A stretch of DNA of 64,000 bases from the IMG/VR virus record IMGVR_UViG_3300018041_000003; one strand, given 5' to 3'. Position 1 is the stretch's first letter. The number at the start of each line of letters is the position of its first letter. The position numbers and the translations under genes were made by a program. Positions 9,673-20,800 of this stretch are shown here, piece after piece. This DNA is from an uncultured virus (IMG/VR IMGVR_UViG_3300018041_000003) (Duplodnaviria > Heunggongvirae > Uroviricota > Caudoviricetes). The notes under the pieces were generated by a model. That model searched no databases. It had not been told where the DNA came from and was given only the letters and a program-made list of their open reading frames with translations.

Positions 9673-11133
9673 ATGACAAAACAAGTAGTTAACGTAGGGG
9701 TTCTTCCAAATGATGGACAAGGTGACAATCTTAGAGCCGGCGCTACAAAAATTAATAATAACTTTACAGAGTTATACACAGCATTAGGCGATGGTGACCA
9801 ATTAACGGTAGTTGTCAATAATGTTTTAAACTCTTTTCCTCCAACATCAGATGGTAGTAATAAGATTACATTCTTGTTTGATGAATATTCCGATCTTCCT
9901 AATCCTACTACATATGACGGAATGTTAGCGAAGGTCACTGCTGATGCTTGTGTTTATTATGCTCATGACAATTCTTGGAGAAAAGTACTTGACCAATCTT
10001 CAACACTAGACCAATTATCAGACATTGCTTCAGCAACACCAAGTGATGGCCAAGCATTAGTTTGGAACGCTTCTAATAATGAATGGGCTCCTGGCAATGT
10101 AGCAACTGAAGGTGGTTCTAGTGCATTTACAGCATTAACAGATACGCCCGGCGCATACACTGGCTCAAACGGAAGATTACTTAGAGTAAACAGTGCAGGT
10201 GACGGTTTAGAATTTAGTAGTGCAATTACATCGGCTGAAGTTGCAACAATTCCAGTTGGAGCATTAAGTAACGTATCAAGTTCTGCTCCTGGAACAGGTG
10301 ATGTACTTAAATGGGATGGTGCTCAGTGGGCTCCTGGCGCTGACATTGCATCAGGCGGTTCAGGTCTTGACGCTGACACACTTGACGGATTTGATAGTGC
10401 ATACTTTTTAGATTATACGAACTTTACAAACACTCCAACATTATTTGGCGGTGCCTTTACAAATTTAACAGATACTCCTAGTGCATTTACTGGCGCGGCA
10501 AACAGATTCGTTAAAGTTAATTCTGCAGGAGATGGATTAGAATTTGTTGTTGATCAGTCAACAGATCAAAACTTATGGGAAACTATTGCGGCTGATACAG
10601 GTTCAACATCTGCTAGTACATTAACAGATACATTAACAATCGCTGGTGGAACTGATATTGCAACTGAAATTACTGACGGCACTCTTACAATTAATTTTAA
10701 TGGAGCGTTGGGCGCACAAGCACTTAATGAATTGTCAGACGTTAGTACAGCAAACGCAGTTATTGGCGCGGCAGTTGCATATAATGGAACAAGTTGGGCT
10801 CCACAAAACGGAGCAAGCATTACTTGGACAATTGGTGCTAATGGAACTTCAGATTATACATTTACTGGACCAGGATTTCCAACAACAACTAATGATCCAG
10901 CACTATACTTAATGCGTGGAATGACATATTACTTTGTAAACAACAGTGGTGGTAGTCATCCATTTGAAATTAGAGTAGCAGATGGCGGTGTAGCATATAG
11001 TTCAGGAGTTGCAAATAATAATGCATCAACTGGAGTTATTACATTCACAGTACCAATGAATGCTCCAGCAACATTGTATTACCAATGTTCAGCGCATAGT
11101 AACATGGGGAATACAATTAATATTGTAAGTTAA
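9673..11133 (+). CDS. Short fibre protein: T4 gp9/gp10-like N-terminal attachment motif, repeat shaft, C-terminal cupredoxin-like domain
   Basis: KQVVNVGVLPNDGQGDNLRAGATKINNNFTELY; repeats L..LSD..GQALVWN..W and F..LTDTP..VNSAGDGLEF; C-terminal HPF...YYQCSAHSNMG. Confidence 0.7.
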   Translation: MTKQVVNVGVLPNDGQGDNLRAGATKINNNFTELYTALGDGDQLTVVVNNVLNSFPPTSDGSNKITFLFDEYSDLPNPTTYDGMLAKVTADACVYYAHDNSWRKVLDQSSTLDQLSDIASATPSDGQALVWNASNNEWAPGNVATEGGSSAFTALTDTPGAYTGSNGRLLRVNSAGDGLEFSSAITSAEVATIPVGALSNVSSSAPGTGDVLKWDGAQWAPGADIASGGSGLDADTLDGFDSAYFLDYTNFTNTPTLFGGAFTNLTDTPSAFTGAANRFVKVNSAGDGLEFVVDQSTDQNLWETIAADTGSTSASTLTDTLTIAGGTDIATEITDGTLTINFNGALGAQALNELSDVSTANAVIGAAVAYNGTSWAPQNGASITWTIGANGTSDYTFTGPGFPTTTNDPALYLMRGMTYYFVNNSGGSHPFEIRVADGGVAYSSGVANNNASTGVITFTVPMNAPATLYYQCSAHSNMGNTINIVS

Positions 11134-11143
11134 GGAATAGATT

Positions 11144-11512
11144 ATGTCAAGTTTTTATCAAGGTACAGAAGTAGGAACACTATTAAAAACAGTAAAAGGA
11201 AGTAGATACTTTTACGGTTTACGTAGAACACAAGATGGCGATCTATACTTGGTAAAATCAGACCAAATGAAAAGCAGTGACGGCGTACAATTAAATAAAC
11301 CAGGCGATCCAACAGAAAATTATCCAGATTTTCAAAGAGGAATTGAATTTTTTGAAGGACGAGACGAAGAGCATAATACATCATATGACAACCTGCGCTA
11401 TGAACAGTTTAGGTGGGATGATAGAAATTTAGTATATTATGTGGATGACGAAGGAAACTTAGTTGTTAGAATTAACCAAGAATACGATTTTCCAGATGGG
11501 GTATCTCCATAA
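11144..11512 (+). CDS. Virion protein, paralog of 9196
   Basis: High motif identity to 9196. Confidence 0.65.
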   Translation: MSSFYQGTEVGTLLKTVKGSRYFYGLRRTQDGDLYLVKSDQMKSSDGVQLNKPGDPTENYPDFQRGIEFFEGRDEEHNTSYDNLRYEQFRWDDRNLVYYVDDEGNLVVRINQEYDFPDGVSP

Positions 11513-11547
11513 TGGTTAAATACAAGTAATATTAGGAAAGAAAGCAA

Positions 11548-14500
11548 ATGGCTGAATTTAAAATTGATAGAATCCGATTTAGATGGACCGGACCGTGGCA
11601 GACTAGTAAACAATATATTAAAGACGATATTGTAAGTTACGGTGGTAAAACATTTGTATGTTTAAATGGACATACATCGGATCCAGATTTTTATATTGAT
11701 TACTTAAATCAAGAAATTCCCAAATGGACACAGATGACAGATGGTTATCAGTGGGTTCAGGATTGGGTTCCTAATAGGTATTACAAAGTTAATGACATTG
11801 TTAAGTACGGCGGCGAATTATATTCTTGTATTGTAGGACACGATTCAACTGAGTACGAAGCACCTGATACTATTACAACTATTAATGTTACAGTTGGTTA
11901 CGACACAGGAAGATATACAACAACAGGATACGCAAAAAGTTCAACGGGCTCAATTTACTTAAACAACTTTGAAAGAAACGTTATTACTTTCCAAAAAGGT
12001 AGTACATATACGTTTTCACAAACAGACACAACAAATGTCACGTTCGGTGGTCAAGAACACCCGCTTGCATTTAGTAAATATGAAGATGGTGCAAACCAAG
12101 ATACTCCACTAGTTGATTATTACACAGATGGATTTACATTTTATTTAGACGGAACTGAAGTTACCGACTCTACTTATGTTGCAAATTTTGCAGAAGCAAG
12201 TTCAAGAGAAATTCGTTGGACAGTTCCACAAAATGCTCCAGACAAGTTATATTACTTTGATAGAACTGTAAACAGTTTAGACAAAGGTTCTTATATTAAT
12301 GTACAAGAACCAGCAGTAATAGGCGCTAATGATTTTGGTAACTGGAGATTACAAGTTTCAGGACATAACTGGCGTTACGAATGGCAACCTCAAGTAATTT
12401 ACAGAATTGGAGATGTTGTAAAATATAACGGTATTGTTTATCGTTGTACATTAGAGCATACATCATCTACAACAATTTCAGGATTAGAACTTGACCAACC
12501 TAAATGGCAAACAGTAACTAGATCAGACGACTGGAAAGATATTTGGACACCGAGAACACGATATAGAAAAGATGATATTGTTCGTTACGGTGGTATTGTT
12601 TATCGTTGCTTAACTGGACATCTTAGTTCAAACAATGACGGACTAGGACTCGAAGAAGATTCATCTGAATGGGAAATTTTAATTAGTGGTATTGAGTACA
12701 AAGGACATTGGATTCCAAGTTCTGAATTAAGTATTGATAGTCTTACAGGTGGTATTGTAACAGTTCAAAGTCATATTTTCCAAACCGGTGATATGGTTGA
12801 ATATTCAAGCGAAGGTACTGTAGCATCAGGATTAACTGACAATACATTTTACTACGTAAGATTAGTCGATGGCAATAATATAACTCTACACTTTAGAAAA
12901 AATGATGCTCTTGCAGACAGAAATCCTATTAATGTAGAAGGTGGTACTGGTAATCAAATTCTTATTAAACATGAGAGATATAAGGTAGGCGATATTGTTC
13001 GATTTGGTCCAAGTATTTGGCGTTGTAACACAGGACACAATTCTTCTATAACATTTGCTGAAAGTTTCTTTGATATCTGGTTACCAGGATATGAATATGA
13101 GTTACAATGGAATGAACAAGAAGTTTATCAGCCAGGAGATATTGTTAAGTACGGCGGATATAGTTATACTTCATTAACTATTAATACTAACAGTGTTCCA
13201 AGTGTTAATGGTATTACACAAGATACTGGAGATTGGGAACTTACTACTCAAGGTTATAGAATGGGTGGTCAGTATAATCAAAATCCAGACGATCAGGAAA
13301 TTGCTTCTTATTGGGATATTAATACCAACTATAGAACCGGCGATGTTGTAAGATTTGGTGGCTGGCTATATGTTGCATTAAGAGATAGCCAAGGTAGTGA
13401 ACCTGATGATGAATTAACAACAGTCAATGTTGCTATTACAGTAGGTGATCCAGGAAGTGGAAACAAATATTATGTTGACGGTGTAGAACAAGGTAATCTT
13501 ACTTTAGTAGAAGGAAACACATACAAATTTGATCAAAGCGATAGTTCAAACTTAACACACCCGTTGTACCTAAGCACATCAGTTGATGGTTTCTGGGATG
13601 GAGGCCAATATAACTTCTTAGATAATGGTGTAACTTACTGGTTAGACGGTATTCAAGTTGCAGATGCGACAGCATATGATTCAGGGTTTGCGGCGGCAAC
13701 TGAGAGATATGTTCAATACATTGTACCAAGAGATGCATATAAAGAAAACTATCTAGTTTGTTATAATCACTCTGGAATGTATAATGGTACATTAACTACA
13801 ATTTATTCAAACAACTATTGGCAGACACTAATTGACGGAGATAGATTTAGAGGAAACTGGCAAGAAACTTTTTTAGTTAATGCGGCTCCAGTAGCAAATA
13901 ATTATTTCTTAGGTGATATTGTTACATATAACGGAACACTATATCGTTGTATTAAAAGACACACTGCATCGCAATCAGCATCAAGACCAGATCTTGATAT
14001 AGAATACACACAAGAAAATTTCTGGCAAACAGTAATTGAAGGCGGAAATTCTAACGTTCTTCAATACAGAGGTGATGTAAGAACATACACTTCTGAAGAA
14101 GCAAATTTAAATATTGGTAATCCGGGTGATGCAATCAAAGTTCTACCAAGTAAAGACACTACTTGGGAGTCATTAGAAGAATCAAAAAATGTATTTTATG
14201 TTTCACCAGACGGCCAAGATATATCAGGTGCTGGTACAGGATTGACAAAAACAAATCCATTTAAGTCAGTTAAATTTGCGTGTAATTATATTTTTGAAGA
14301 TCAAGGATTAAGAACACCTGCAACAATTATAGTTGCTACAGGACGTTATGAAGAAATTTGTCCAATCAGTGTTCCGGCAAATGTTGCTATTGTTGGCGAT
14401 GAATTACGTTCAACTCATATATCACCGACACCAGAAACAAAAGATGAAGATATGTTCCGTGTAAGAAACGGCTGTGGTCTTAGAAATATGACACTATCAG

Positions 14501-17500
14501 GTCTCGAAGGTGAACTTACAGATCCAGATGAATTTTTATTTAAACGTGTATCTCCAGGAAACGCATTCGTAGCACTTGATCCAGGTACAGGACCAGATGA
14601 CGAGACTGTATGGATTACAACTAAATCGACATATGTACAAAACGTTTCAACGTTTGGTAAGCAGTGTGTTGGTATGAAGGTTGATGGGGATTTACACAAC
14701 GGTGGTAACAAATCTATTGTTGCTAACGACTTTACACAAATTATTCAAGATGGTATTGGTTACTGGTGTAATGCAGATGGCTTATCAGAACTTGTATCAG
14801 TGTTTACGTATTACTGTTACATTGGTTACTTGTGTACAAACGGTGGTAAAGTACGTGCAACAAACGGTAATAACTCTTATGGTGAATATGGTTCTGTTGC
14901 AATCGGATATAACTTTAATGAAACACCAATTACTGCTAAAGTAGACAACTATTCTAAAGAAGCAGAAGTAGGAAAAGTTTACAATGATGAAAATCAGTTA
15001 TTTGCTGTAGGTTATACTAACACAGGTAATCATTATACTGGTGCTGAAGTATCCGTAACAGGTTCAGGTGAAGGTGCGTCTGGTAGAATTACAGAAATTA
15101 GAAACGGATCAGTTACTGAAATTAGAATTTTAGATCCAGGCGATTCTTCAAGAGCAGGCGGCTATAATTATACCTATGCTAATAACAGAGCACAAGGCGG
15201 TGATGAAACTTATATTCAAATTGCTAACCAAGATGTTAACAATGAAGACTTTTATCGTAATAAACAAATTACGATTGTTGAAGGTGAAGGCCGAGGACAG
15301 TATGCTTACATTGATACATACGATTGGCTAAATGGTGGTGTATTAAATGTGCAAGTAAACAGTGCGCCAGATGTATTATTATCTTCAGGAACTTATACTG
15401 ATGTTAAAGGAACTAGTAGTAATACAGATGCAGTTGAACCAACATTTACAATTGATATTGACGGTTCTGGTGTAGCAACAGTAACAGCAATTACAGAATT
15501 AGGTCAAGGTAATAAAGGCGGAGATATTATTACAATTTTACCAACACTGATTGGTAACTCAGGAAGTAGTGTTATAGTTGAAATTTTAGCAGTAACACCA
15601 GGTAGTAAAGATGTTACAGTTAAACGACCAGTTGATAATCAGCCAGGATGGCAACATTATCTTCCAGGTCAACCAATTGCTACTGTACTTGACGAAACAA
15701 CTAGATATGAGATTACTCCAAGATTAGTTTTTGATCTTCCACCGTATTCACAAAACAGTGCATCACTTCCAGCAGGCGTAATTAAAGACACTTGTTCTAA
15801 ATTAATAAGCGGTAACAATATTACTGTTATTGTAGGAACAAATTTAATTGCAAGAACAACTGACGGAACTACATTTAATGATGCAACTTCGTATACTGAT
15901 TTAAATTATGTTAGCGTAGCACAAACATTAAATGGCTTTATTGCTATCGATGGTAATGGTAGAATTAAAATATCTGCAGATGGAAACAGTTGGGGAGATT
16001 CAACTGGTAATTTACTAAGTTATGGATTAACATTTACTAAAATAGCATACGGAACTGACTACGATGGTAATAATATTAACATTGCTATTGCTGATTCAAC
16101 TACAAACATTTATAAATCAGCAGATGGCGGAAATAACTGGACTCAAGTTAATGCTGGAGTAAGTAACGCAAAATGGATTGCTTATGGTAACGGTAAATGG
16201 ATTGCTGTAAACGAATCCGGTGATACTTGGGAAAGTGTCGACAACGGAGATACATGGACATCGGGTACTAATATTGGCGATGTGCAACACGATGTTGCTG
16301 ATTTCTGTTTTGGTAACGGACGTTTCCTTGCATCATGTTATGATTCACCAAATGATTTATCAACAGTTAACAACAAATTCTTTTACAGTTTTACAGATAA
16401 AGTAACAGACGCAAGTTCTACAGTTTGGATTGCTGGCAACGAAACTGGGGTTGCAGATAATATCTTTATTAATTATTGTCAAGGTACATTCCTTGGAATT
16501 ACAGAAAGCGGAAGTATTGTTCAATCAGATGACGGAGTATTTTGGACTGATAAAACAACTGCCGGCGGCACATACGTTGGTATGGGTTATGGTGTAACCG
16601 ACGATGGTCCAATATTTTATCCATACACAGCAGATACCGTTTCATCAATTGAAACAATTAAAACTGGTGCAACAGCAAGAGCAACTTGTAAGATTGATGG
16701 AAGTAGAATCACAGAGTTTTACATTCAAGAACCAGGAAGTGGATACGGTCAAAATCCTCCAACATTATCAATAATTGATCCTGATGCAACTACTAATGTA
16801 AACTATGACGTTAGAATGAAAAACGGAACAGTTGGCCAAATTGAGTTTACAAATAGAGGAACAGGATACATTAATATTGGAGTTACAATTACTGGTGACG
16901 GTTATGCAGATTTGTATCAATTAGGAACAAGTTTAGTTGTTAAAAACTTAACACGTGAACCAGGACCTGGTGATAACTTGTACATTGACGAAATTAATGA
17001 TCAGTTTTATGCTGTTCAAGGTGTAAAAGATTTAACTGGTACAGAAGGTAATTTCGAAGCAACATTAACTATTAGTCCAAGTTTAGATAGAGCAGAATCA
17101 CCAGAACACGAAACTAATTTAACTATTAGACAACAATATTCACAGGTACGTCTAACAGGACACGACTTCTTAGAAATTGGTAAAGGTAACTTATATACTT
17201 CGCAGTATCCATTGTTAACACCGATTGAAGGATATGATATACGAGAGTTCCAAGAAACTGATAATGCAGGCGGTGGACGAGTATTCTATACTTCAACTGA
17301 CCAAGATGGTAACTTTAGAGTTGGTGAATTGTTTAAAGTTGAGCAAGCAACAGGTATTGTTTCATTAAATGCTTCATATTTTGAATTAGATGGTCTAAGC
17401 GAACTACGTTTAGGTGGTGTTACACTTGGTGGAACTAACGCAGTTATTAGAGAATTCAGTACAGATCCGACATTTGCGGCAAATAGTAACGAAATTATAC

Positions 17501-17778
17501 CAACACAACGAGCAATCGCTGGATATGTTGACAGTAGAATTAGCGGTGGTGGTACAAACGTTAACGTAAACGCTGTAATTTCAGGTGAAGTTAGAATACA
17601 AGGAAGAAGAATTAGTTCAGATGCAAACAGAAAAATTAATATTAATACGCAAATGAATTTCCGCAAACCAGTAGACGGTGATATGGCGGCAATGGCATAT
17701 TTTGCAGGTGGAACTAACTTCGGATTAATAGATGAGGGAGATGCTCCAACCCCGCAGGAGATGGGAGCAGGGAAATAA
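11548..17778 (+). CDS. Giant tail appendage protein (8 CBM5/12-like repeats, cupredoxin-like inserts, beta-helix, Asp-box/propeller-like region)
   Basis: 2076 aa; W..Y..GD.V.YGG..Y.C...H repeats; S.D.G..W Asp-boxes (SADGNSW, SADGGNNW, SVDNGDTW, SDDGVFW); paralog of 17821. Confidence 0.75.
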   Translation: MAEFKIDRIRFRWTGPWQTSKQYIKDDIVSYGGKTFVCLNGHTSDPDFYIDYLNQEIPKWTQMTDGYQWVQDWVPNRYYKVNDIVKYGGELYSCIVGHDSTEYEAPDTITTINVTVGYDTGRYTTTGYAKSSTGSIYLNNFERNVITFQKGSTYTFSQTDTTNVTFGGQEHPLAFSKYEDGANQDTPLVDYYTDGFTFYLDGTEVTDSTYVANFAEASSREIRWTVPQNAPDKLYYFDRTVNSLDKGSYINVQEPAVIGANDFGNWRLQVSGHNWRYEWQPQVIYRIGDVVKYNGIVYRCTLEHTSSTTISGLELDQPKWQTVTRSDDWKDIWTPRTRYRKDDIVRYGGIVYRCLTGHLSSNNDGLGLEEDSSEWEILISGIEYKGHWIPSSELSIDSLTGGIVTVQSHIFQTGDMVEYSSEGTVASGLTDNTFYYVRLVDGNNITLHFRKNDALADRNPINVEGGTGNQILIKHERYKVGDIVRFGPSIWRCNTGHNSSITFAESFFDIWLPGYEYELQWNEQEVYQPGDIVKYGGYSYTSLTINTNSVPSVNGITQDTGDWELTTQGYRMGGQYNQNPDDQEIASYWDINTNYRTGDVVRFGGWLYVALRDSQGSEPDDELTTVNVAITVGDPGSGNKYYVDGVEQGNLTLVEGNTYKFDQSDSSNLTHPLYLSTSVDGFWDGGQYNFLDNGVTYWLDGIQVADATAYDSGFAAATERYVQYIVPRDAYKENYLVCYNHSGMYNGTLTTIYSNNYWQTLIDGDRFRGNWQETFLVNAAPVANNYFLGDIVTYNGTLYRCIKRHTASQSASRPDLDIEYTQENFWQTVIEGGNSNVLQYRGDVRTYTSEEANLNIGNPGDAIKVLPSKDTTWESLEESKNVFYVSPDGQDISGAGTGLTKTNPFKSVKFACNYIFEDQGLRTPATIIVATGRYEEICPISVPANVAIVGDELRSTHISPTPETKDEDMFRVRNGCGLRNMTLSGLEGELTDPDEFLFKRVSPGNAFVALDPGTGPDDETVWITTKSTYVQNVSTFGKQCVGMKVDGDLHNGGNKSIVANDFTQIIQDGIGYWCNADGLSELVSVFTYYCYIGYLCTNGGKVRATNGNNSYGEYGSVAIGYNFNETPITAKVDNYSKEAEVGKVYNDENQLFAVGYTNTGNHYTGAEVSVTGSGEGASGRITEIRNGSVTEIRILDPGDSSRAGGYNYTYANNRAQGGDETYIQIANQDVNNEDFYRNKQITIVEGEGRGQYAYIDTYDWLNGGVLNVQVNSAPDVLLSSGTYTDVKGTSSNTDAVEPTFTIDIDGSGVATVTAITELGQGNKGGDIITILPTLIGNSGSSVIVEILAVTPGSKDVTVKRPVDNQPGWQHYLPGQPIATVLDETTRYEITPRLVFDLPPYSQNSASLPAGVIKDTCSKLISGNNITVIVGTNLIARTTDGTTFNDATSYTDLNYVSVAQTLNGFIAIDGNGRIKISADGNSWGDSTGNLLSYGLTFTKIAYGTDYDGNNINIAIADSTTNIYKSADGGNNWTQVNAGVSNAKWIAYGNGKWIAVNESGDTWESVDNGDTWTSGTNIGDVQHDVADFCFGNGRFLASCYDSPNDLSTVNNKFFYSFTDKVTDASSTVWIAGNETGVADNIFINYCQGTFLGITESGSIVQSDDGVFWTDKTTAGGTYVGMGYGVTDDGPIFYPYTADTVSSIETIKTGATARATCKIDGSRITEFYIQEPGSGYGQNPPTLSIIDPDATTNVNYDVRMKNGTVGQIEFTNRGTGYINIGVTITGDGYADLYQLGTSLVVKNLTREPGPGDNLYIDEINDQFYAVQGVKDLTGTEGNFEATLTISPSLDRAESPEHETNLTIRQQYSQVRLTGHDFLEIGKGNLYTSQYPLLTPIEGYDIREFQETDNAGGGRVFYTSTDQDGNFRVGELFKVEQATGIVSLNASYFELDGLSELRLGGVTLGGTNAVIREFSTDPTFAANSNEIIPTQRAIAGYVDSRISGGGTNVNVNAVISGEVRIQGRRISSDANRKININTQMNFRKPVDGDMAAMAYFAGGTNFGLIDEGDAPTPQEMGAGK

Positions 17779-17820
17779 TAGATATGATAAATAGTATTAA
17801 CACATTGTTAGGAAGCAAAA

Positions 17821-20800
17821 ATGGCTGAGTTTAAACTAGGTAGAATTAGATTTATTTGGAAAGGTGCATGGACATCTTCTAAAGAATATTATAAAGATGA
17901 CGTTGTAAGATACGGCGGACGTACATATATCGTTAATACAGGCCATATTAGTTCTAACGCTTTTACAACAGACATTTCAAACTTTGACTTATTAGCAGAC
18001 GGTACTGAATGGAAGGGCGATTGGGCACTTTCAACAGTCTTTAAACCTAATGATATTGTCAAGTACGGCGGTTTACTATACATTTGTAATACAGGCCATA
18101 CATCAGCATCAACTGAAACAGATGGATTAGAATTAGATCAAACTAAATGGGATCTATTTTCAGAAGGCTTTAACTGGCAAGGTGCTTGGGGAGTTGCTAC
18201 TCGTTACAAAATTAATGATGTTGTACGCTATGGCGGCGTTATGTATTTGTGTACTCAAGAACATACATCAGCCGCTGATGTTACAGATGGCTTAGAATTA
18301 GATGAAACTAAATGGGATGTTTTTGCACACGGACAAAATTGGCAGAATGTGTGGACTGCAACATCACGTTATACAGCAGGTGACGTTGTACGTTATGGCG
18401 GTCAAGTATATATTTGTAATACAGGACACACTGCCGCGGCAACTGATGCATTAGGCTTAGAAGCCGATCAAGCAAAGTGGGATTATGTACACAAAGGTAT
18501 TGTATACTTAGGTAACTGGACTGCGTCAACACGTTATAAAAATAATGATGTTGTTAAGTATGGTTCGGATATCTGGATTTGTACAACATATCATACATCG
18601 GGTGCAACACTTGCGGCTGATGAAAGCAACTGGGCAATTTTTGTACCAGGATTAGAATTTGAAGATAGTTGGCAGAACAATGTAAACTATCAGCCAGGCG
18701 ATGTTGTAACCTATGGTGGTTATTCTTACATATCAATTACAAACAACTTTAATCAAGTTCCTTTTAATAATGGAACTGAATGGGATTTATTTACAACAGG
18801 ATTTACATTCCGCGGCGACTATGACAACAACTATGCATACAAGATTGGCGATGTTATTCGTTTAGGCGGTTGGACTTATATTGCACTTGCTGACGGAACA
18901 GGTAATAGACCACCGGATGCAGTTTACTGGGATAAACTTAACGAAGGTTTATATTGGAAAGGTGCATGGGTTGACAATGTTTACTACGACAAAGGTGATG
19001 TTGTTAGAGGCATTAACGATGTTAACTCTTATGTTTGTATTGCGCCACATACATCAGAAGAAGTTGGTGCAGGACAAAATAGACCAGACCAAGATACTAA
19101 TGGTAACTATTGGAATTTATTATCAGGCGGCGCTGAAGTTGGTAACTTAACAACACGTGGTGACCTTGTTTACTACAGTGGAGCAGGACCAACAAGATTA
19201 CCAATTGGTTCTCCAGGTCAAGTATTAAAAGTTAACTCATCAGGAACTGATCCAGAATGGGCATACTTTGGACAATTAGACGCTGTTTATTATACATCAC
19301 CAAACGGTGAAGATTTAAACGTTCCGGCGGCTGGTGTTACACTTGATAAACCTTTTAAAACTGTAAATTTTGGTTTACAACAAATTGAAAAAGGCGCAAG
19401 AAAACCATATGCAACTCAATTGTTAAAAAGAAATAAAGCATTTATTCAAGATGAAACTTTAAGTTGGGTTGACACACAAGTAATTAATTCAAGTGCTCCG
19501 TTTACAGGTTCATTTACATACACTGCGGCAAACTGGCGTAGAGACATAGGTACATTTGTTGATGCACTTGTTTGGGATTTATCACATGGTGGTAATAGAA
19601 TGACTAGACAAGAAACTCTAGCATACTTTGATAGTGCGGCTGATCAGTATTATGTATCTAATGATGGTATTACTGCTGAATTCTCAGCGGCACTAACATT
19701 TGTTACTGCATTAATTGATGATGTTATTACACAAGATACACCAGCAACTGATTATCAGGTTTTAAGAAGTGTTGCCAATCCAACATTACAAATTACAGAT
19801 TCTTCTATAGTTGAAGAGCCAGAAGCACAAGCAATTTTAGTAAACTTAAGAACGATTGCATCAGCGGCACTAACAGCAGGAAACACTAATAGTGTTCCAG
19901 CAGAGATTGTTGCTAACGACACGCTGTTTATGAAAACAGGTACATTTACTGAAGTATTACCAATGGTAATCCCAGAAAGTTGTGCAGTAGTTGGAGACGA
20001 ACTACGTTCTTCAAAAGTTTCACCTGCAGGTTCATTAGTTGATTCAAGTGATACTCCATACTCACTAGCAGGCATTACTCATATGGCTAGTATTATTGAT
20101 GACATTATTACAAACACACCAATTACAAAAGCAACTAATAATCCGTTAGATCAAGATGTTGCTTTACCGGCAGGCTCAGGCGCGGCAGGAACAGAAGCGG
20201 CGGCGATTGCTACAGACATTAAGAATAAAATTGATTTTGCTATTAATGCAGTTGGAAGTGATGTTGCACAATCAGGAGTAAACACTCCGGTTAAAACAGC
20301 AGGATATACTGACGCTGTTTTAAGACTAGAAGAAAATAAAGAGTTTATTGCTGAAGATGTTACAAACTATATCATTAATACATATCCAGGATATGTAGAT
20401 TTTGATGCGGCAAAACAAGCATCATGTAAAAGAGATGTTCGTAGATATATTGAAGCAATTCAAAATGACTTAATTTATACAGGACGTTATAGAGCACTAA
20501 GAGCGGCAGAACAATATATTAATGCTGTAGGTGGTTCAACTGACAAACATATGTTCTTTGTACGTAATGGTACAGGTTTAAGAAACTGTACACTTATTGG
20601 ATTAACTGGAACACTAAGCAGTCCTAATCTTTATGGAACAAGACGTCCAACAGCAGGGGCTTATGTTTCACTTGATCCAGGCTGGGGTCCAGCACATACA
20701 GAAGTATGGGTTAAAAATAAATCATGTTATGTACAAAACGTAACTACATTTGGTACTGCTTGTATTGGATTAAAAATTGACGGCGATTTACACGCAGGTG

